Part shown: positions 62,999-64,000 of the stretch, piece after piece
Layout of the letters: the number at the start of each line of letters is the position of its first letter
Position numbering within the stretch: position 1 is the first letter of the stretch
DNA from: Lytechinus pictus
Lineage: Eukaryota
Length of the DNA: 64,000 nucleotides
Assembly: GCF_037042905.1 (NCBI RefSeq)
Contig: NC_087250.1
Location: forward strand, 7,690,001 to 7,754,000
Direction: 5' to 3'
Made by a program: the position numbers and the translations under genes
Notes under the pieces: model-generated
What the model saw: only the letters and a program-made list of their open reading frames with translations
Told to the model about the DNA's origin: nothing
Databases searched by the model: none

Positions 62999-63410
62999 TG
63001 CTGATTGGTGTAGGGACATTGATGGAAATAAATTCAGATCTGAAATCAGTTGAACTTCAAATTCTCTTACCATGTTCATTTTCTAGTTACTTCCTTGTTT
63101 TACTTGTACACCACTGTAACCAGCGAGGGGGGGGGGGGGGGGAGGTTGGCACTTCCCCCTTAATAGAAATTATGAAAACCTACATTATTTACTGAAAATT
63201 TTCAAAAAATTCATCATAAAAGTGCACAAAGTTCTTCACTTTGAATTTAGAAAATGAAAAAGCGCCCCTATGACAAGCTTGATTTCTTTGATCGCTCACT
63301 TATGAGTTTCTTAAAAAAAATTTTGGTGTGTCTTGCCCCTGGAAAGAAATTTCTGCTTACCGCCATGACTCTCATGCCAGGTGTGAACCTAATTTCAATG
63401 TGTGTTTGGG

Positions 63411-63423
63411 TGACCTTTGACCT
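63411..63423 (-). promoter_or_regulatory. Perfect DR1 nuclear-receptor element
   Basis: TGACCTTTGACCT = AGGTCA-A-AGGTCA on the minus strand. Confidence 0.35.
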
Positions 63424-64000
63424 CTGTATTGTTCTCTGTGACCCTAGGAGGAGGAAGGATATTTAGAAGAGATGAATACTAAAGAATTGATAATGGTTTA
63501 ATCTTTCCTGTAGACAAACGTTCATTCAAAGCCCATTATAAGACTGGAAGTTGTACGCGATATCAGTGGAGGCCACTTTTCAGACAAAAGTTGCTGGCAA
63601 AGAGAAGAGAAAAGAATAAGATTAAAAAAGGATTATGTGAGACAAGACATAATCACTGTTTGAGAGACTCATCTAAAGGAGACTTATTACAGACCTCTTG
63701 TTAATATGAGGGAAACATGTACTGTATTAAATGTATTTGAAAAAATGAAGTGTACACATAGGTACTAAAAATGTGAGTAGCAGTTAGCAATTCCATTTAT
63801 TTGAATGAAGGATGAAAGAACACTAGATTGAAGCTATATGAGAAAGTCTCTTAAATCAAGGTTAATTGTCAAAATATTATCATACATCTAGATCTGGTAC
63901 TTTAATGTAGACTTATCTTTGTAAAATCATAAAATCTTAGCTCAAAATCAATAATTCTGACTATCACTAACACAGAAAGCTTCAAAAAATACCTGACATT

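Noticed and set aside
60878..63195. ORFs up to 254 aa
   Set aside because: Open in several frames because the satellite strand lacks stops; unit lengths 29 and 40 are not multiples of 3
63448..63500. Exon reading EEEGYLEEMNTKELIMV
   Set aside because: In-frame stop follows and there is no convincing donor

Overview
AT-rich, repeat-dense eukaryotic DNA. The repeat content suggests an invertebrate deuterostome, most likely a sea urchin (inference). I see no intact long protein-coding ORF; nearly all ORFs in the track are repeat or low-complexity artefacts. A CpG-rich promoter at about 11.4-12.6 kb has a non-coding first exon ending at a strong donor (12322), implying a + strand gene whose long introns may fill the rest of the window (candidate internal exons at 46.7 and 54.5 kb). 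The window holds many non-autonomous DNA transposons (Kolobok-like with TTAA, PIF/Harbinger-like, P/hAT-like, Academ-like, TA-flanked), tRNA-derived SINEs, LINE 3' ends and satellites. Main hidden signal: hand translation of the TE-free gaps on the minus strand repeatedly gives decayed leader + several Ig-like domains + TM segment + splice donor. This suggests an array of about 5-7 fossil Ig-superfamily receptor genes, mostly antisense inside the putative host introns. It needs HMM confirmation. Other highlights: an inverted duplication of a promoter-like block, TA-to-TACATGTA insertions that look like Tc1/mariner footprints, and a 39-bp micro-LTR followed by a 31-nt tRNA-Leu complement.
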